64,000 bases of DNA from Gracilinanus agilis (lineage: Eukaryota), in assembly GCF_016433145.1 (NCBI RefSeq), contig NC_058131.1, positions 269,055,307 through 269,119,306 of the forward strand, read 5' to 3'. This document shows, one piece after another, positions 26,900 through 38,739 of this stretch. The notes beneath the pieces were generated by a model. That model was not told the origin of the DNA. It saw only the letters and a list, made by a program, of their open reading frames with translations, and did not search any database. Position 1 is the first letter of the stretch; the number at the start of each line of letters is the position of its first letter. The position numbers were made by a program, and so were the translations under genes.

Positions 26900-27800
26900 G
26901 AAAACCACAGGAGACATATTGGACATTATAGTCATATAACTAATAAACCATTCTAGAGAGCAATTTAAAACAGTGCCCAAAGGGCTGTAAAACTAAAACT
27001 AAAGCATATCCTTTGACTCAGCAATAGCAGTACTGGATCTGAATCCCAAAAAGATCAAAGAAGAGTGAAAAGGACCCATATGTAAAAAGAAATACTTAAG
27101 ACAGTTCTTTTTGTGGTGACAAAGAATTAGAAATTGAGGGGATGCTCATCAATTAGAGAATGGCTAAACAAGTTGTGGTAGGGGGCAGCTGGGTAGCTCA
27201 GTGGAGTGAGAGTCAGGCCTAGAGACAGGAGGTCCTAGGTTCAAACCTGGCCTCAGCCACTTCCCAGCTGTGTGACCCTGGGCAAGTCACTTGACCCCCA
27301 TTGCCCACCCTTACCAATCTTCCACCTATGAGACAATACACCGAAGTACAAGGGTTTAAAAAAAAAACAAAAACAAGTTGTGGTAGATGATTGTGATGAA
27401 ATACTATTCTGCTATAAGAAAAGACAATAGGATAGTTTCAGAAAAATCTGGGAAGACTTACATGAATGAATGCAAAGTGAAGTGAACAGAACCAGGAAAA
27501 CATTGTGCAAAGTAACAGTGATATTTTTAAGGATGATCAACTCTGAAAGACAATGATCCAAGACAATTTCAAAGGACTCATGATAAAAAATGCTATTCAC
27601 TTCCAGAGAGAGAACTGATGGAGTATGAAGACAGATTGAAGTATACTTAAAAAATTTTTATTTTGCCTTTTTTTTTCTGGGTGTGTGTACACCTTCCTTT
27701 GCAACACAGCTAACATGGAAATATATTTTACATGACTCTCACATGTACAATCAATATCATATTGCTTGCCTTCTCATGGGGATGGAGATAGAACAACTTT
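26900..27800 (+). mobile_element. LINE-1 3' fragment interrupted by a SINE at 27181-27367
   Basis: L1 ORF2-end motifs (atcctttgactcagcaatagcagtactgg) continue on both sides of the SINE. Confidence 0.75.
27181..27367 (+). mobile_element. Young SINE1_Mdo-like SINE nested in L1
   Basis: TSD aaacaagttgtggtag on both sides. Confidence 0.88.
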
Positions 27801-28540
27801 ATTCATAACAAGTTGCATTCCTTTTTTATTCCCTTACCTTCCATCCTACAAGGCAGAAGAGCAGTAAGGGCTAGGCTATTGGGGTTAAGTGACTTGCCCA
27901 GGGTCATACTAGCTAGGAAGTGTCTAAGGCCAAATTTGAACCCAGGTCCTTCTACTTTAAAGTAAAAAGGCAGGGAGTGAGAAATGGGTAAATTGTCCCT
28001 TTTATATTCACACTGAGCTTCATATCTGTAACCCTTGAGTTCTCCTAGCTTGGAAGTCAATAAAAAGCCTCCCATTCATCACAAAGAACAAGCCCCTCTA
28101 TCACATAGCGTAGGAAGTTGGCTACCCCCTAAGTTTCTACATGGTTCTTGGACTAGAATAAGATAAGGAATATCTGCATATGCCCCAAGCACTGGCCTAT
28201 GGGGCCCCTCATATTATATAAATGTTCAATAAATGTTTGCTGGACTAGATTGGATTTCTCCAGTTCTTAGGTGTAACAGAGTTTGGTTGCAAAAAATTCC
28301 ATTGTATCAAAAGGTTTCCTTAACACTGGGCCTCCCTAAGCTTAAATATATCTTCAGTATAATGGTTTTATTTGTGTTATGTAAAAGTAATTTGAGAGCG
28401 GCTTGGCGTAATGGATAATGAGTTAGCCTGGGTTAGAATGAGGTGGGTTCAAGTCTTACTTTGGACACATACTTCCTGAGCCTGGGCAGGTGATAGCTTC
28501 TCAGTGCCTCTTCCCCTCTCCCTCTCCCTGCCCTCCTGCC

Positions 28541-28737
28541 TTTTTTTTTTTTTTTTTTTTTTAACCCTTAACTTCTGTATATTGACTCCTAGGTGGAAGA
28601 GTGGTAAGGGTGGGCAATAGGGGTCAAGTGACTTGCCCAGAGTCACACAGCTGGGAAGTGTCTGAGGCCAGATTTGAACCCAGGACCTCCCGTCTCTAGG
28701 CTTGACTCTCAATCCACTGAGCTACCCAGCTGCCCCC
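28541..28737 (-). mobile_element. SINE1_Mdo-like CORE-SINE
   Basis: PolyT then antisense body; TSD ccctcctgccttttt. Confidence 0.88.
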
Positions 28738-29118
28738 TGTCCCCCTCCTGCCTTTTTGAGAAAATGTGAAGCACGTCTCTGCTGGTCCTGACCTTCTGGC
28801 CTCATCAGGGAGCATGGGCTGGGGCTTCAGGTCTGTGACTCTGGCATTTGATATCCTCCAATGAGGCATGGGGATGGTCAGGCAGTGTAGTATGATGGAG
28901 GAGGCATGGGCCTTGGAGTCAGGAAAACCTGGCCAGGTCCTTTAACCTCAGTTTCTGCAACCATCAAATCAGGGGGCTGGACCTGATGACCTGTAAAGCT
29001 TCCAGCTTTCAATTTGTGATGCTGGATGCTACTGGGAGATTGAATATCTCAGCCTGGGCCTACAGATTTAGTCTCAATCTTTGAAGTGTGGGTTAGGTTT
29101 TTAAGAAGCTCCTGTCTG

Positions 29119-29298
29119 GGGGATAGCTGGGTGGCTCAGTGGATAGAATGCTAGTCCTGGAGACAGGAGGTCTTAGGTTCAAATCTGACCTCAGACACTT
29201 CTTAGCTATGTGACCCTGGGTAAGTCACTTAACTTTAATCCCTTTTTGATCTTCAGTCTTAGAACTGATACTAAAAGAGAAAGTAAGGGCTAAAAACA
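29119..29298 (+). mobile_element. SINE1_Mdo-like CORE-SINE
   Basis: Head ggggatagctgggtggctcagtgg and core, followed by a TA-rich tract. Confidence 0.8.
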
Positions 29299-29609
29299 AA
29301 ATATATATGTGTATATATATATATATATTTCCATATATATATATTCTTCAGTATAATGGTTTTATTTGTGTTATGTAAAAGTAATTTGAGAGCAGCTTGG
29401 CATAATGGACAATAAATAAAAATATATATTATATATATATATGTACATATATATATATATATAAAACAGTAAATAAGATCAAATCATTGGCAAATTGAGA
29501 ATTTTTTTTGCTTAATTATGTGTATTATAAAAGTTTTTTACCCATCAGGCAAAGGAAGGGGGAAAAAAGAAAATAGAGTTTTGTTTATTGAAAAATTTTA
29601 ATTTTTATT

Positions 29610-29828
29610 ATTTTTTAAAACCCTTACCTTCTATTATTATTATTTTTGTAAAACCCTTACCTTCTGCCTTAGAATCAATACTGTGTATTGATTGGTTCCA
29701 AGGCAGAAGAGTGGTAAGGGCTGGGCAATGGGAGTTAAGTGACTTGCCCAGCTAGGCAGTGTCTGGGCCAGATTTGAACCTAGGACCTCGATGTTTCTAG
29801 ACCTGACTCTCAATCCCCCGAGCCTCCT
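29610..29828 (-). mobile_element. SINE1_Mdo-like CORE-SINE with duplicated tail
   Basis: taaaacccttaccttct occurs twice in tandem, then antisense body. Confidence 0.75.
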
Positions 29829-30002
29829 AAAATTTTTTTATTTTTAAATTAATTTTAAAAAATTAAGTCATTGGCAGGAGCTGTATCCCTAAGGCAACAA
29901 GAAGATTTGTGGAAAGTTTGGCTACCTTGGGACCAGAGAACAACCATCATTTAAAGTGTTTATTTATAAAATGTGTTGAAGAAAAAAAATATTAAAATTT
30001 AA

Positions 30003-30189
30003 GCAGCATGGATAGAGAGCTAAGCCTAGAGACAGGAGATCTTGGGTTCAAATATGGCGTTAGACACTTCTTAGTTGTGACCCTGGGCAAGTCACTTAAC
30101 TATATTTGCCTAGTCCTTATCACTTTTCAGCCTTGAAATCAAATTTAGTATCCATTCTAAGATAGATAGTAAAGGGTTTAAAAAAAAAG
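30003..30189 (+). mobile_element. SINE1_Mdo-like CORE-SINE (5'-degenerate)
   Basis: Core gtgaccctgggcaagtcacttaac and aagggtttaaaa tail. Confidence 0.7.
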
Positions 30190-30193
30190 CTTT

Positions 30194-31046
30194 TGTAAGA
30201 CCTCCCTGATATTTGAGCACCTAAAAAGTGCAGCTATACAGCAGGCCTGGTTCTAGATTTCTGGTTGTTTTTTTTCCCCTGCAATCCCTTCACTAAACTA
30301 AGAGTCATGCAAATGTGCATGACTGAGCCTGTGTGGCGTTCCCCTTGGTTATGTAAGAGTTTAAATTTAGGTTTTATGCTAAATATGAGAGTTATAAGGT
30401 AATATTGTGGTTGCTGATTTTAAAATATTAGAGCTAAAGCCAAAATGCCTTTTAGCAGTTTTATTTACAAAGAGGTGGAAAGAGTGAAAGTGTAAATGGA
30501 GAAAAGAGACAGATTCCTAAGGAGCCTCCCAGCCTTTCTCCGGGGAAGTCTGGCCCAGCCCAGGTAGGGGCTTGCCCAAGACGGTCTCCACTTAGATTTC
30601 CCAGGAATCCTGAGCCACGAGTCCCAGAGGTGTCTGCAGCCAGGGTTCCACCAACACCGTCTCCTCCAAAGCCAAGGTAGGAATCTCAGCCACTCGCCCA
30701 GCAAGCAGACACAGGATCCAGGAAAAAAGTCTCCTTCAAGCCAGGAAAAGAACCTCCGGGAGGAATCTCTCCAAATGTCTGGAAGGAAATGAATGCTAGA
30801 CCATGCTGGTCTCTTCTTTTTATGCTGCTTTTTTCCACGGGAAGCAGTGGTGGTCGGTGTGAGCTTACTCTAGTAAGTGACTGGTGAACTCTCACACTTC
30901 ATGGTAAGTAGGGGTACTTTAAGTTCTTGATTTGATTAGCTAAAAATAGGCCAGGGGAGAGGTAATCCTATCTTCCCGGCTTGGCCCAGTGTGGGGAAAA
31001 AAGGGACGGGAGGTGAGATCCTTGCTCTAGAGTAGGTCCAGCCTCA
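30194..31046 (-). mobile_element. Possible LTR-like sequence
   Basis: TG start on +, minus-strand AATAAA near 30460, LTR-like composition; no TSD found. Confidence 0.25.
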
Positions 31047-31062
31047 AAAGAAAGAGCTAGAT

Positions 31063-31240
31063 GGGGGCAGCTGGGAAGCTACGTGGATTGAGAGCCAGGG
31101 TTCAAATCCGGCCTCAGACACTTCCCAGCTGTGTGACCCTGGGCAAGCCACTTGACCCCCATTGCCTACCCTTACCACTCTTCCACCTATAAGTCAATAC
31201 ACAGAAGTTAAGGGTTTAAAAAAAAAATTAAAAAAAAAAA
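31063..31240 (+). mobile_element. SINE1_Mdo-like CORE-SINE
   Basis: TSD aaaagaaagagcta on both sides. Confidence 0.85.
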
Positions 31241-31254
31241 AAGAAAGAGCTAAC

Positions 31255-31590
31255 CAGTGATGGACAACCTTTTGAGCTTGATGTGTCAAAATCTGCCAAA
31301 AAACTGAGCATAACTCGGGTGGTGTGTCACTTCAAGGAAAAAAAACCATAATTTCGCAATATTTATAGTTTAAATAACAAAAATGTATAATTGTAATATA
31401 TAACTATTTAATAAACCAAAATAGGAAAATTAACATAGGTAGAATTGTCATCTCTAGTGCACAGAGTGTCTACACTACCCTGCAGCCAATGTTTCATCCA
31501 CCGCACGTGGCCCCATACTTCTCTGTAGGAGGCCGAGTGTCATCAAAAGTGGTCAGCACTGACACGCGTGTCATAGGTTTGCCATCACCG
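31255..31590. mobile_element. Non-autonomous hAT/Charlie-type DNA transposon (MITE), 336 bp
   Basis: TIRs cagtgatggacaacct / aggtttgccatcaccg; 8-bp TSD AGCTAGAC (left copy has a 1-nt deletion). Confidence 0.8.
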
Positions 31591-32376
31591 AGCTAGACAA
31601 TGACTTCCCTAGAAGGTCAAGTCAGGAGCTGAACAAAAGCAAGAAAAGAGAACAAAGAGCAACAAATCACAGTTGGACGTTTAATCCAGTGGGGAGCGTG
31701 AGCCACCTGCACAAAAAGGACACCCTTCTTTCATTCATCCATTACTTGGCAAACAGTGCATTTGTCTCCTAACTAGAGCAGAGCCCTACCCACGAAGATA
31801 CTGAGTGGGAGCAGAGAGGAATGGTTCCCGGTGCCCACCTAGAGAATACCTAAGAATGGAGCTCAGCCTAGAGGCCACAGTGGGGCAAACGTGAGGCTGG
31901 TTAACTGCTGCAGGGGCTCCAGAGTTGTATTTTGTGTCAATCATAGGAAATCATGATATCACTGGAGCTGCCCCGTGAGGACTCTTTAGCTCAGGGCTCT
32001 GCACCAAGTGCTACCAGAGCTCAGGAGAACATAGAGGAAGCCCTTCTGGTTAGGGTTGGAATTGGTGATTAGGCCTTAAATGAAAGGAGGATTTCAATAG
32101 AACTGGAACTCGGAGTAAGCAAGGCATTCTGCCACACATTTGGGCACGACAAAGAACATTTTTTCTGGTTCAGAGATTCAGAGCTGGAAGGGCTTTTGGA
32201 GGTCAAACCCAGCCTTCTCATTTTACAGATGAGGAAACTGGGGCCCAGAGAGGGAACTACAACTTGAAGTATCTAAGATAGGATTGGAATCTAGGTTTTC
32301 TCAAACCCAAGCCCAGTGCTCTATCCACTGTACCATATTTCTTCTAACATTACTAATTACTTGAATACTTCTTTTT

Positions 32377-32590
32377 TTATTTTATTTTTTAAAAAACCCT
32401 TACCTTCTGTCTTAGAGAAATACAATACTGTGTATTGGCTCCAAGGCAGAAGAGTGGTAAGGGTAAGCAATGGGGGTCAAGTGACTTGTCCAGGGTCACA
32501 CAGCTAGGAAGTGTCCAAGGCTAGATTTGAACCCAGGACCTCTCATCTCTAGGCCTGGCTCTCAATCCACTGAGCTACCCAGCTGGCCCC
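32377..32590 (-). mobile_element. SINE1_Mdo-like CORE-SINE
   Basis: Antisense full-length copy; TSD acttgaata(c/g)ttct. Confidence 0.85.
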
Positions 32591-33403
32591 CACTTGAATA
32601 GTTCTAAAGGATTGAGGTTTTTTAGTTTTAATCATAGGTGCTATCCCTATCAATGTAGATAGCAACCCTTCCATCTTAAAACAGACTATTTCAAGAACTG
32701 CCATGGCTGAAAAAATTCATTTTCTGGGGCCTGAGCCTCTGGTTATGAGCTTCCCTATATTTAGCTGGCCTGATATTCAGGCAGCAGGCCTAATCTATTG
32801 CTGTACTGGGCTCCCACTTGAAGCCTTTCCAGATTGGAAGAAACTGCCAACGGTTTGCACTCCACTGACCTAGCTTTCAAGAACCTGAGGTCATCTGCGG
32901 CCTGGCTTTGGAAGAGGACTTCAGTGTTGTGATTTCATTGGTATAAGGAATGTCCAGTAAGAAAACTTCCTTTCCCTTGGGGCTTGGGAGCAAAAAGTTA
33001 AATCACTTGCCCAGCTTCCTGTAGGAAGGGGCAGAATTGAACTCAGATATGCCTGACTCTGAGGCCAGCCTTCTATTCACCATGCCAAACTCCCTTATGG
33101 TTTGGTTTTTGTCTTTTTTTTTGGAGACTGAGTTTCCCCATCTCATTCAAACTGGCGGTGTGCCTAATCATTTCTCAAATGAGATCATCTTTGTAACAGG
33201 CACTTTGCATAGTGCCTGGCACATAGTAGGTGCTTCATAAATGTCTATGCCTCAGATTTTTGCTTACCATCTCCAGAAGGGGGGAGGGAAGGGAGGGAAA
33301 CAATTTGGATCTTATAATTTGGGAAAATGTATGTTGAAAATTGTTGTTTCATGTAATTGGGAAAATAAAAACTTTAAAAAAAAAAACAAACTAATGTTTG
33401 TTC

Positions 33404-33947
33404 TGTCAGCTTGAAATCTGGAGACCCCAAGTTTGCCCCTTGAGGACTCAGGTGCCAGGCCCACCTGTTTTGGGCTGGACTATAGACCTTAAAGTGTTTG
33501 GGGACCCTAGTTTGGGTGGGATTAGTAGGTATAGTCAAATGTTGAGTACCTTTGTTTTAGAAGCTTCTCCCATTGTAGTAGTAAAGTCCTCTCTCAGAAA
33601 GCCCAGCTCTTTGGTTTGGCCCTTTCCTTTGTACTCATTATAGTTGACTGGTCCCTGATATCCCTGAGGTTGGCTGCAAACTCTTTGCAGCCTGTTTGCA
33701 GTTTGTCTAGGCATGCTTGTTCTCCAGAGGGTATAAAAGACCCCCAAGTTCTGACACCCTTCCGAGAAAGCATCTAGTTCGGTGCCTTCTCCCAGGGATA
33801 CGTCCCCAGAGTCCCCAGCGGGTAGGCCCTGTGTAATCCTTGGTGCTGGGCTCTGTGTAGCAGCTGAATTTGGGCCTATCCCTTTCCTGATTAAAGACTT
33901 ATTTTTTCTGACTACTTTGGTCTTTCTGTGCTATTTACAAGTTATCA
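33404..33947 (+). mobile_element. Solo ERV LTR (copy A), 544 bp
   Basis: TG...CA ends, 4-bp TSD GTTC, TATAAAA near 33732, ATTAAA near 33890; near-identical inverted copy at 35529-36082. Confidence 0.88.
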
Positions 33948-33959
33948 GTTCCTTTCCCC

Positions 33960-34175
33960 TTTGCTTCTAATGCTTATCAGCACAGGAACCTTAACTAGCC
34001 CTGCTTTCCCAGCCTGGCTCACTTCACCCCACTGTAGGCAGCCTGGCGGCCTTGTGCTCTAGAGGGCTCACCATTTGCAGGATTTACTACAGTCACCCAA
34101 TCCTGTTGGTCCTTACTGCAGGGTAGAACTCCTGAACTCAAACAGGGATTACAGGTAAGCACAATCACACTTCGA
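33960..34175 (-). pseudogene. Degenerate 7SL (SRP RNA)-derived retrocopy
   Basis: cttcaccccactgtaggcagcctgg, gctcaccat, agaactcctgaactcaa and gggattacagg align in order to antisense 7SL; a possible 3'-end fragment with polyT lies at about 33112-33170. Confidence 0.65.
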
Positions 34176-34726
34176 ATGAAAGTTTTAAACATTTTTTCAT
34201 TCCTAAAAATTTTGTTCTTCATGACATTTAATTTATGGCATAGGAATTTATTTTGTAATAGGTCAAGTCTCATTTAGGTCTTAAAAGAAATTAAAATAGG
34301 TGACTCAAAGGGCAATGAAAAGACAAATATTGAGGAGTAGGCTGTAGCATTTTTTATTGACACTAAAGGCGATCTAATACCCTCTTATCCAATCTGAATT
34401 ATTATTCACCTCAGAGCCAGGACAATAATGAAGACAGGGAAGCAGGATCTCTTTAGTGAATGGCCACCCAGGAACAGTAAGTCTCCTAATCTTTCTGCAT
34501 ATTGATGTCCGAAATGAAAATTTTCTCCCCTTTTTTTTACTGTTGCAAAAAGAAGTTTTGGGCTGCCAAGGGCCTGCAGTGGATTGGGGTTTGTCTGGGC
34601 TGAGTGGGCTTCCTACAGGTACGCCCCTTTATTCGTGAGCTCTATGTAGGTGGACCCTTTAAAACTTTTTTTATTTTAATAACAAATTTACACCTAAGCT
34701 TTCTGAGGCCATTTTGGCATGGGCAT

Positions 34727-35290
34727 TGTAACCCCAAACCTTAGATGTGTTTTAGGCAAACCATAAGACAGGAAGATTCCTTTGTTCCCTTCTGTCCTAG
34801 TGACTCTTAACCTAAAACATCTGATAACTCCTAGAAGATTCAGAGAGGATTATCTTCCTTGGATCATCCTTCAGATGGACTGAGAGATACACCTCCAGGC
34901 TATGCCTTGATACCATCAGGCCGTATCTAAGACATCTACCTGTCATGTCCCCTAAACTATGAGGGTCACCCCCTAGGTCTTCAGGTAGACCCCCGTAAAA
35001 TAACCAAACACCTCCTACCCATGCCTCAGTGCGCACCACTCTAGAGTCACCCACAAAGTCACATATTCACTGTTGTAAAGAGTATAAAGACCCCAGAAAT
35101 CATGTCATCTGGGAGAACAACTTTCCCATCCAAGCTGTTCCCCCTAGGAAGCAGTCTTCCTGGCCAGATTTAACATTACCTTGTAAATTAATAAACATCT
35201 CTTTTTACTTTTAAGCTAAGTTTCCAAGTCTTGCATCCTTGCAAAAGGTACCCTTCCCGATCCCCAGGGGTTCACCTCAAGCCCCCAACA
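34727..35290 (+). mobile_element. Solo LTR of a different family (copy B), about 560 bp
   Basis: TG start, TATAAA near 35083, AATAAA near 35190, CA end; imperfect 4-bp TSD gcat/acat. Confidence 0.6.
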
Positions 35291-35294
35291 ACAT

Positions 35295-36170
35295 TCTGAT
35301 CCATATTGTCTCCCTCCCTTCTTCTCTCCCCACTTCCAGAGCTCACAAGCAATTCAATCTGGGTTACACATGTATTATCACACAAAACATATTTCCATAT
35401 TATTCATTTTTGTAAGTGAATAATTTTGTAAAACCAAAACCCTAAATCATATAGCCAAATAAACAAGTGATAAATCATATATTTTCATCTGCATTTCTAC
35501 TCCAACAACTTTCTCTGGAGGTGGGTAGTGTTAGCTTGTAAATAACACAGAGCTACTAAAGTAGTCAGAAAAACCAAATTTTTTAATCAGGAAAGGGAGA
35601 GGTCCAAATTCAGCTGCTACACAGAGCCCAGCACCAAGGATTACACAGGGCCTACACGCTGGGGACTCTGGGGACGTATCCCTGGGAGAAGGCACCGAAC
35701 TAGATGCTTTCTCGGAAGGGTGTCAGAACTTGGGGGTCTTTTATACCCTCTGGAGAACTTGGTACAGCAAGCATGCCTAGACAAACTGCAAACAGGCTGC
35801 AAAGAGGTCTGCAGCCAGCAGCTGGGGTATCTGGGAGCCGTCAACCATAATGAATACAAAGGAAAGGGCCAAACCAAAGAGCTGGGCTTCCTGAGAGAGG
35901 ACTTTACTACGAGAAAGGCTTCTAAAACAAATAAAAGTACTCAACATTTGACGATATCTACTAATCCCACCTAAACTGGGGTCCCCAAACACTTTAAGGT
36001 CTATAGTCCAGCCCAAAACAGGTGGGCCTGGCACCTGAGCTCTCAAGGGGCAAACTTGGGGTCTCCAGATTTCAAGCCGACAGTAGCATTTTCTTTTATA
36101 AGTTCTCAGAATTGTCCTGGATCATTGTATTGCTGTGAATAGCAAAGTCTATCACATTTGATCCTTCCTG
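35295..36170 (-). mobile_element. LINE-1 3' UTR fragment split by LTR copy C
   Basis: L1-like sequence ends ...ggaggtgggtag at 35528 and resumes gtagcattttc... at 36083. Confidence 0.65.
35529..36082 (-). mobile_element. Solo ERV LTR (copy C, same family as A), 554 bp
   Basis: Reverse complement of copy A; TG...CA ends; own 4-bp TSD GTAG. Confidence 0.88.
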
Positions 36171-37065
36171 TGTGGCCACTTCTAACTGATGCTGTGTATT
36201 GTTATGGGAAAAGGCACCTCAGACTTATGGAAAGAATGTTTGGTTACCACTGTTCTCGTGGGGCCATCTCTGAAAATGCTTTACTTTAAATTAATTATGT
36301 CTCTTGGCTATTAATGGCAGAGTTGCTTAGCCTATAGTTTTTAAGGCCTCTTGATCAATAAAGTACTTTGAACCCGATCATAATTTGATCAAAGGGCTTA
36401 GCTCCCAGCCCAATAAGAGTCTTATCTCCTCAACTTCCCATGACCCAAAGTATGACACAATTGCATGCTGGATATTTGCTGAATGGAAAAGGAAACAAAA
36501 GATACAACTCTCAAGCTCCCCATATGTGCAGATAATCTGCTACCACGGCTGCCAAAAGTGGGTTCAGTCCTGGAGAAAGAGATTCTGCAGCAAGTACAGA
36601 GAAACGGTGAAGGAAAGAAAGGAAAATGATCCGAGGTGAGGAGAGGACAGAAAACGAGGCAAAGAGTGAGGAAGAAGAAGGAAAGGAGAGGACCTCCAAG
36701 GCTAAAAGTTTTTACATAGGATATGTATTGATGTGTTAAACACTCCAAATATTCCTTGCCAATTTAAAAAAGAAAACATTTATTCTAAGAGAATAAATAT
36801 AAATTTTAAAATTTGTAAAGACATTTTCAATTTAAAGAAAATTTAAAATGTAAGAATCATATCATAGAAAAACACATTGCAATAAAAGTGAAATACAACC
36901 TTGCAAGTTTTCAAGTTTCAAAGTTCATGCAACCTTTGTTTAATAAAAAAAAACTTAAATTCACTCAAAAACGTAGCTGTTTTTTGTTATTCACTAGAAT
37001 TTTACTGTTTATAATTTTGTCATGAGATTTTTGTTTAGTTGAAAACAGAAAATACAATCAGAATT

Positions 37066-37237
37066 TTTTTTTTAAACCCTTATGTTCTGTGGCAGAAGAG
37101 TGATAAGGGCTAGGCAATAGGGGTTATGTGACTAGCCCAGGGTCACACAGCTAAGAAGAGTCTGAGGTCACATTTGAACCTAGCACCTCCTTTCTCTGGA
37201 CTTGGCTCTCAATCCACTGAGCCACCCAGCTGCTCCA
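37066..37237 (-). mobile_element. SINE1_Mdo-like CORE-SINE
   Basis: Antisense body with T-tail. Confidence 0.8.
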
Positions 37238-37708
37238 GAAATATTTTTTAAAACACTTTTTTTGGGTAAAATATATAGATAGGAATTTAACCTTTGTAAT
37301 TAAAGATACCTAAACATTTAAATGTGTTTATCACATAATATGTATATAACATATATTTTATCATAAGGAAAATTATACTTCCAAAAACTTTTAAGTGACT
37401 TGGCCATGGTCACACAGCTAGAAAGTATCTAAGGACAGATGGGACCTTCCATCTCTAATCCTAGCTCTGTATCCACTGAGCCACCTAGCTGCCCCCCAAA
37501 ACAAGCAGTTCAGGAAAGTTGCAACTGCACATAAATGAGACTGCACTCATACTATTGATAAGAAGCAAATATTCATTTGCAATTGGAGATACTCAGAAAA
37601 GCTCTGTTCAGAGCACAAATTTATAAACTTACTTAGAATTGTGCTTGCAATGAATAAGATAGTATGAGTGTATAGATAATCACACAGGTTGAAAAGATAT
37701 TGATTGGA

Positions 37709-37895
37709 GGGGCAGCTGGGTAGCTCAGTGGCTTGAGAGCCAGGCCTAGAGACTGGAAGTCCTAGGTTCAAATCCGGCCTCAGACACTTCCTAGCTGTGT
37801 GACCCTGGGCAAGTCACTTGACCCCCATTGCCCACCCTTATTACTCTTCCACCTAGGAGCCAATACACAGAAGTTAAGGGTTTAAAAAAAAAAAA
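37709..37895 (+). mobile_element. Young SINE1_Mdo-like SINE
   Basis: 17-bp TSD aaaagatattgattgga. Confidence 0.88.
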
Positions 37896-38739
37896 AAGAT
37901 ATTGATTGGATCAGTTCTAAAGGGGTGGTGATAGTAAGAATGCTAATCAGATGATTGCTATACAAGCAATAGTAATCATATTTTGAAAATGTATAGCATA
38001 AAGTTTTCAAAGCACTTCATCACAACAATTCAGAGAGGTAGGGAGTGAAAATAATATTTTCTGTTTTATAGATGAGAAAACTTGAAACTGAAAGTGACTC
38101 GGCTAGGGTCACACAGTTTGAAAGTATCCTCCTGTGTGTTGACTGTTTTGGGCAATGAATGAGAAAATAAAAGAACAGAACTAAGACTTCTCTGCCATTA
38201 GAATGTAAGCTCCCTGAGGGCAGGCCTTTTCCCCTTTTAACCTCACCGGCACTTAGTGGGCTCAGAAGAAATGCTTATCCATTGTTAATTCCTCAGACAC
38301 TCCGAATCACAAGAGCTGGATTGGGTTTTGGAAGTCATTTGGCCCAATTGTCCCAGAACGGATGCCCTGGGGTGGGGCTGAGTGAAGACGACAGAACTGG
38401 GGACGAGGGGGTAGGGAGGAAGGGGAGGAGAGCCCGAGCGAGGGGCTCTTCTACCCAGCTCAGGTAGAGGGGAGATCCAGTGCCAGAATGTCAGACATCG
38501 TCAAGTCCGACTCCTTCATTTTGCAAATGTGGAAACTGAGACCCAGGGCAAGGGAAGTGACTTGCTCAGGGTCTCATCGTAGGAAAATAAAAGGGCCGAA
38601 GCAGGTTAAGGACTCAAGACTCCTGCTTTTCTGTTGCAAAGGTATCAGGTAACTGCCTACAACTCCTGGAACCGCACTAGGAATAGAAAGGAGATGTGGG
38701 AGGGGAGACAGTAACGTCAGAAGAAATGCTCCTGGGGGT

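Noticed and set aside
33398-36046. Near-identical ORFs on opposite strands (…QVPGPPVLGWTIDLKVFGDPSLGGISRY…)
   Set aside because: Incidental frames within the two LTR copies
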